From assembly GCA_963758525.1 (NCBI GenBank), contig CAVWVQ010000001.1, forward strand, positions 32,001 to 96,000: 64,000 nucleotides of DNA. Reading direction: 5' to 3'. The first letter of the stretch is position 1, and every line of letters begins with the position of its first letter. Source of the stretch: an uncultured Phycisphaerales bacterium. Lineage in GTDB: Bacteria > Planctomycetota > Phycisphaerae > Tepidisphaerales > Tepidisphaeraceae. The translations under genes and the position numbers were made by a program. Below, piece after piece: positions 62,923 to 64,000 of this stretch. The notes beneath the pieces are model-generated. The model was not told where the DNA came from, did no database searches, and worked only from the letters and a program-made list of their open reading frames with translations.

Positions 62923-63506
62923 CAGTTCTTCCCTACTTTCGCGAACTGCTCGATGCTCTGATTGACCAGATCACGCTGATCGTCGGGATTCAGATTCCGC
63001 CGGAGAATTTTCTCGGCGACGCTTGTCGCAAGCTGCGCTGCCTGCTGGTAGATGTCCGAAAGCGCCTGCGTACGGGCGGCCTCGATATCCCGCAGGGCGC
63101 GTTCCTTGATTTCTTCGCCTTCCTGCTGGGCGTTCGTGCGGATCTGCGCCGCCAGACGTTCGCCGTCGGCGGTGGCTTTGGCGAGCACCTCGCGCACCTG
63201 CTCAGCGGCAGTTGCAAGCTGCCCGTTGTAGTCCTTGAGCGTCTGTTCCGCCTTGAGGCGGGCGGTTTCGGCATCGGCAATGTCCTTGCGGATGCGCGAC
63301 TCGCGCACTTTGAGACCGGCCAGCACGTTTTTCCATGCGGTGCTGTAGAGGAAGATCGCCAGCACGATGAAAATGAACATGACCCACAGCCCGCCGACAA
63401 CATTGAGGTCGAGCAGCTCGGCTTTGGGCTCTGCCGTCTCGGCAGCATGCAGGGGGATGGCCAATGCCATCAGCACCGCGTTCATTGCAAAAAACTTCTT
63501 GAGCAT
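62922..63506 (-). CDS. atpF: F0 b subunit
   Basis: TM segment + AWK..L..RE.RI, coiled coil, VAEKIL. Confidence 0.92.
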   Translation of the reverse strand: MLKKFFAMNAVLMALAIPLHAAETAEPKAELLDLNVVGGLWVMFIFIVLAIFLYSTAWKNVLAGLKVRESRIRKDIADAETARLKAEQTLKDYNGQLATAAEQVREVLAKATADGERLAAQIRTNAQQEGEEIKERALRDIEAARTQALSDIYQQAAQLATSVAEKILRRNLNPDDQRDLVNQSIEQFAKVGKN

Positions 63507-63586
63507 CTTGCCACCTCGTCAGGGACCAGAACGTATCTCACGAATGCGTCCGCCGGGGTTTTATCCCGGCGGACGCGCAATGGTGC

Positions 63587-63856
63587 TTAGACCGCGTGTG
63601 CGAGCACGAACGCGAGAATGATCGCGGTGAAGGTGAAACCTTCAATGAGAGCCGCTGCGATGATCATCTGGGTGCCGATGCGACCCCCGGCTTCGGGCTG
63701 GCGTGCGATGCCTTCCATCGCGGAGCCACCAATTTGGCCGATGCCGCGACCGCCGCCGACAACTGCGATACCCATGCCGATGCCGGCGCCGGCGATGGCA
63801 AGGCCCTTGTCCGAGATCAGAGCGTCGGCCAGGGGGAGTAGGACTGTGGAAACCAT
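63587..63856 (-). CDS. atpE: F0 c subunit
   Basis: GIGQIG..MEGIARQPEA, IAAALIEG. Confidence 0.95.
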   Translation of the reverse strand: MVSTVLLPLADALISDKGLAIAGAGIGMGIAVVGGGRGIGQIGGSAMEGIARQPEAGGRIGTQMIIAAALIEGFTFTAIILAFVLAHAV

Positions 63857-64000
63857 GATGCTTCTCCTGCGGGCAAAAGCCCGTGAAATTTCGCGTCGTT
63901 GGGGCCGGATGAAAGTTGCCCTGCGACGCGACATGAATAATGCCGAGCTTGGTGTTTGGGACGCCTGGAGTCGGCTTTCCTGGCGAGGCTCGTTATGTGC

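Overview
GC-rich bacterial window whose gene set (TPR/ExbBD/prenyltransferase-repeat cluster, futalosine mqnA, Ser/Thr kinase, many palindromic repeats) suggests a planctomycete; this taxonomy is inference. Core genes: ligD-ku, ffh, GH13, rhamnose-type ABC transporter, mqnA, murD, pyrF, recQ, xseA, atpEFHA, tRNA-Cys and tRNA-Thr. About ten conserved genes carry single-base frameshifts, most likely assembly indels. The main finding is a ~14.8 kb integrated element (13413-28348) that looks like a phage satellite. It is integrated at the 5' end of tRNA-Cys and duplicates the tRNA's putative promoter plus its first 28 nt. It encodes AlpA, a ParB-Spo11/TOPRIM fusion, a helicase followed by an iteron origin, a lambda-cos-like site before a small terminase, two paralogous coiled-coil proteins, a pseudoknot-capable structured leader, an S49 protease, a tape-measure-like protein, Bet/RecT and a tyrosine integrase. 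No capsid, portal or TerL is recognisable. Other points of interest: an orphan 36-36-36 repeat-spacer-repeat unit, a structured RNA candidate between a tiny basic protein and an HPF-like gene, and a Vps4-like MIT-AAA ATPase. All protein family calls are from motif recognition by eye; no database searches were run.
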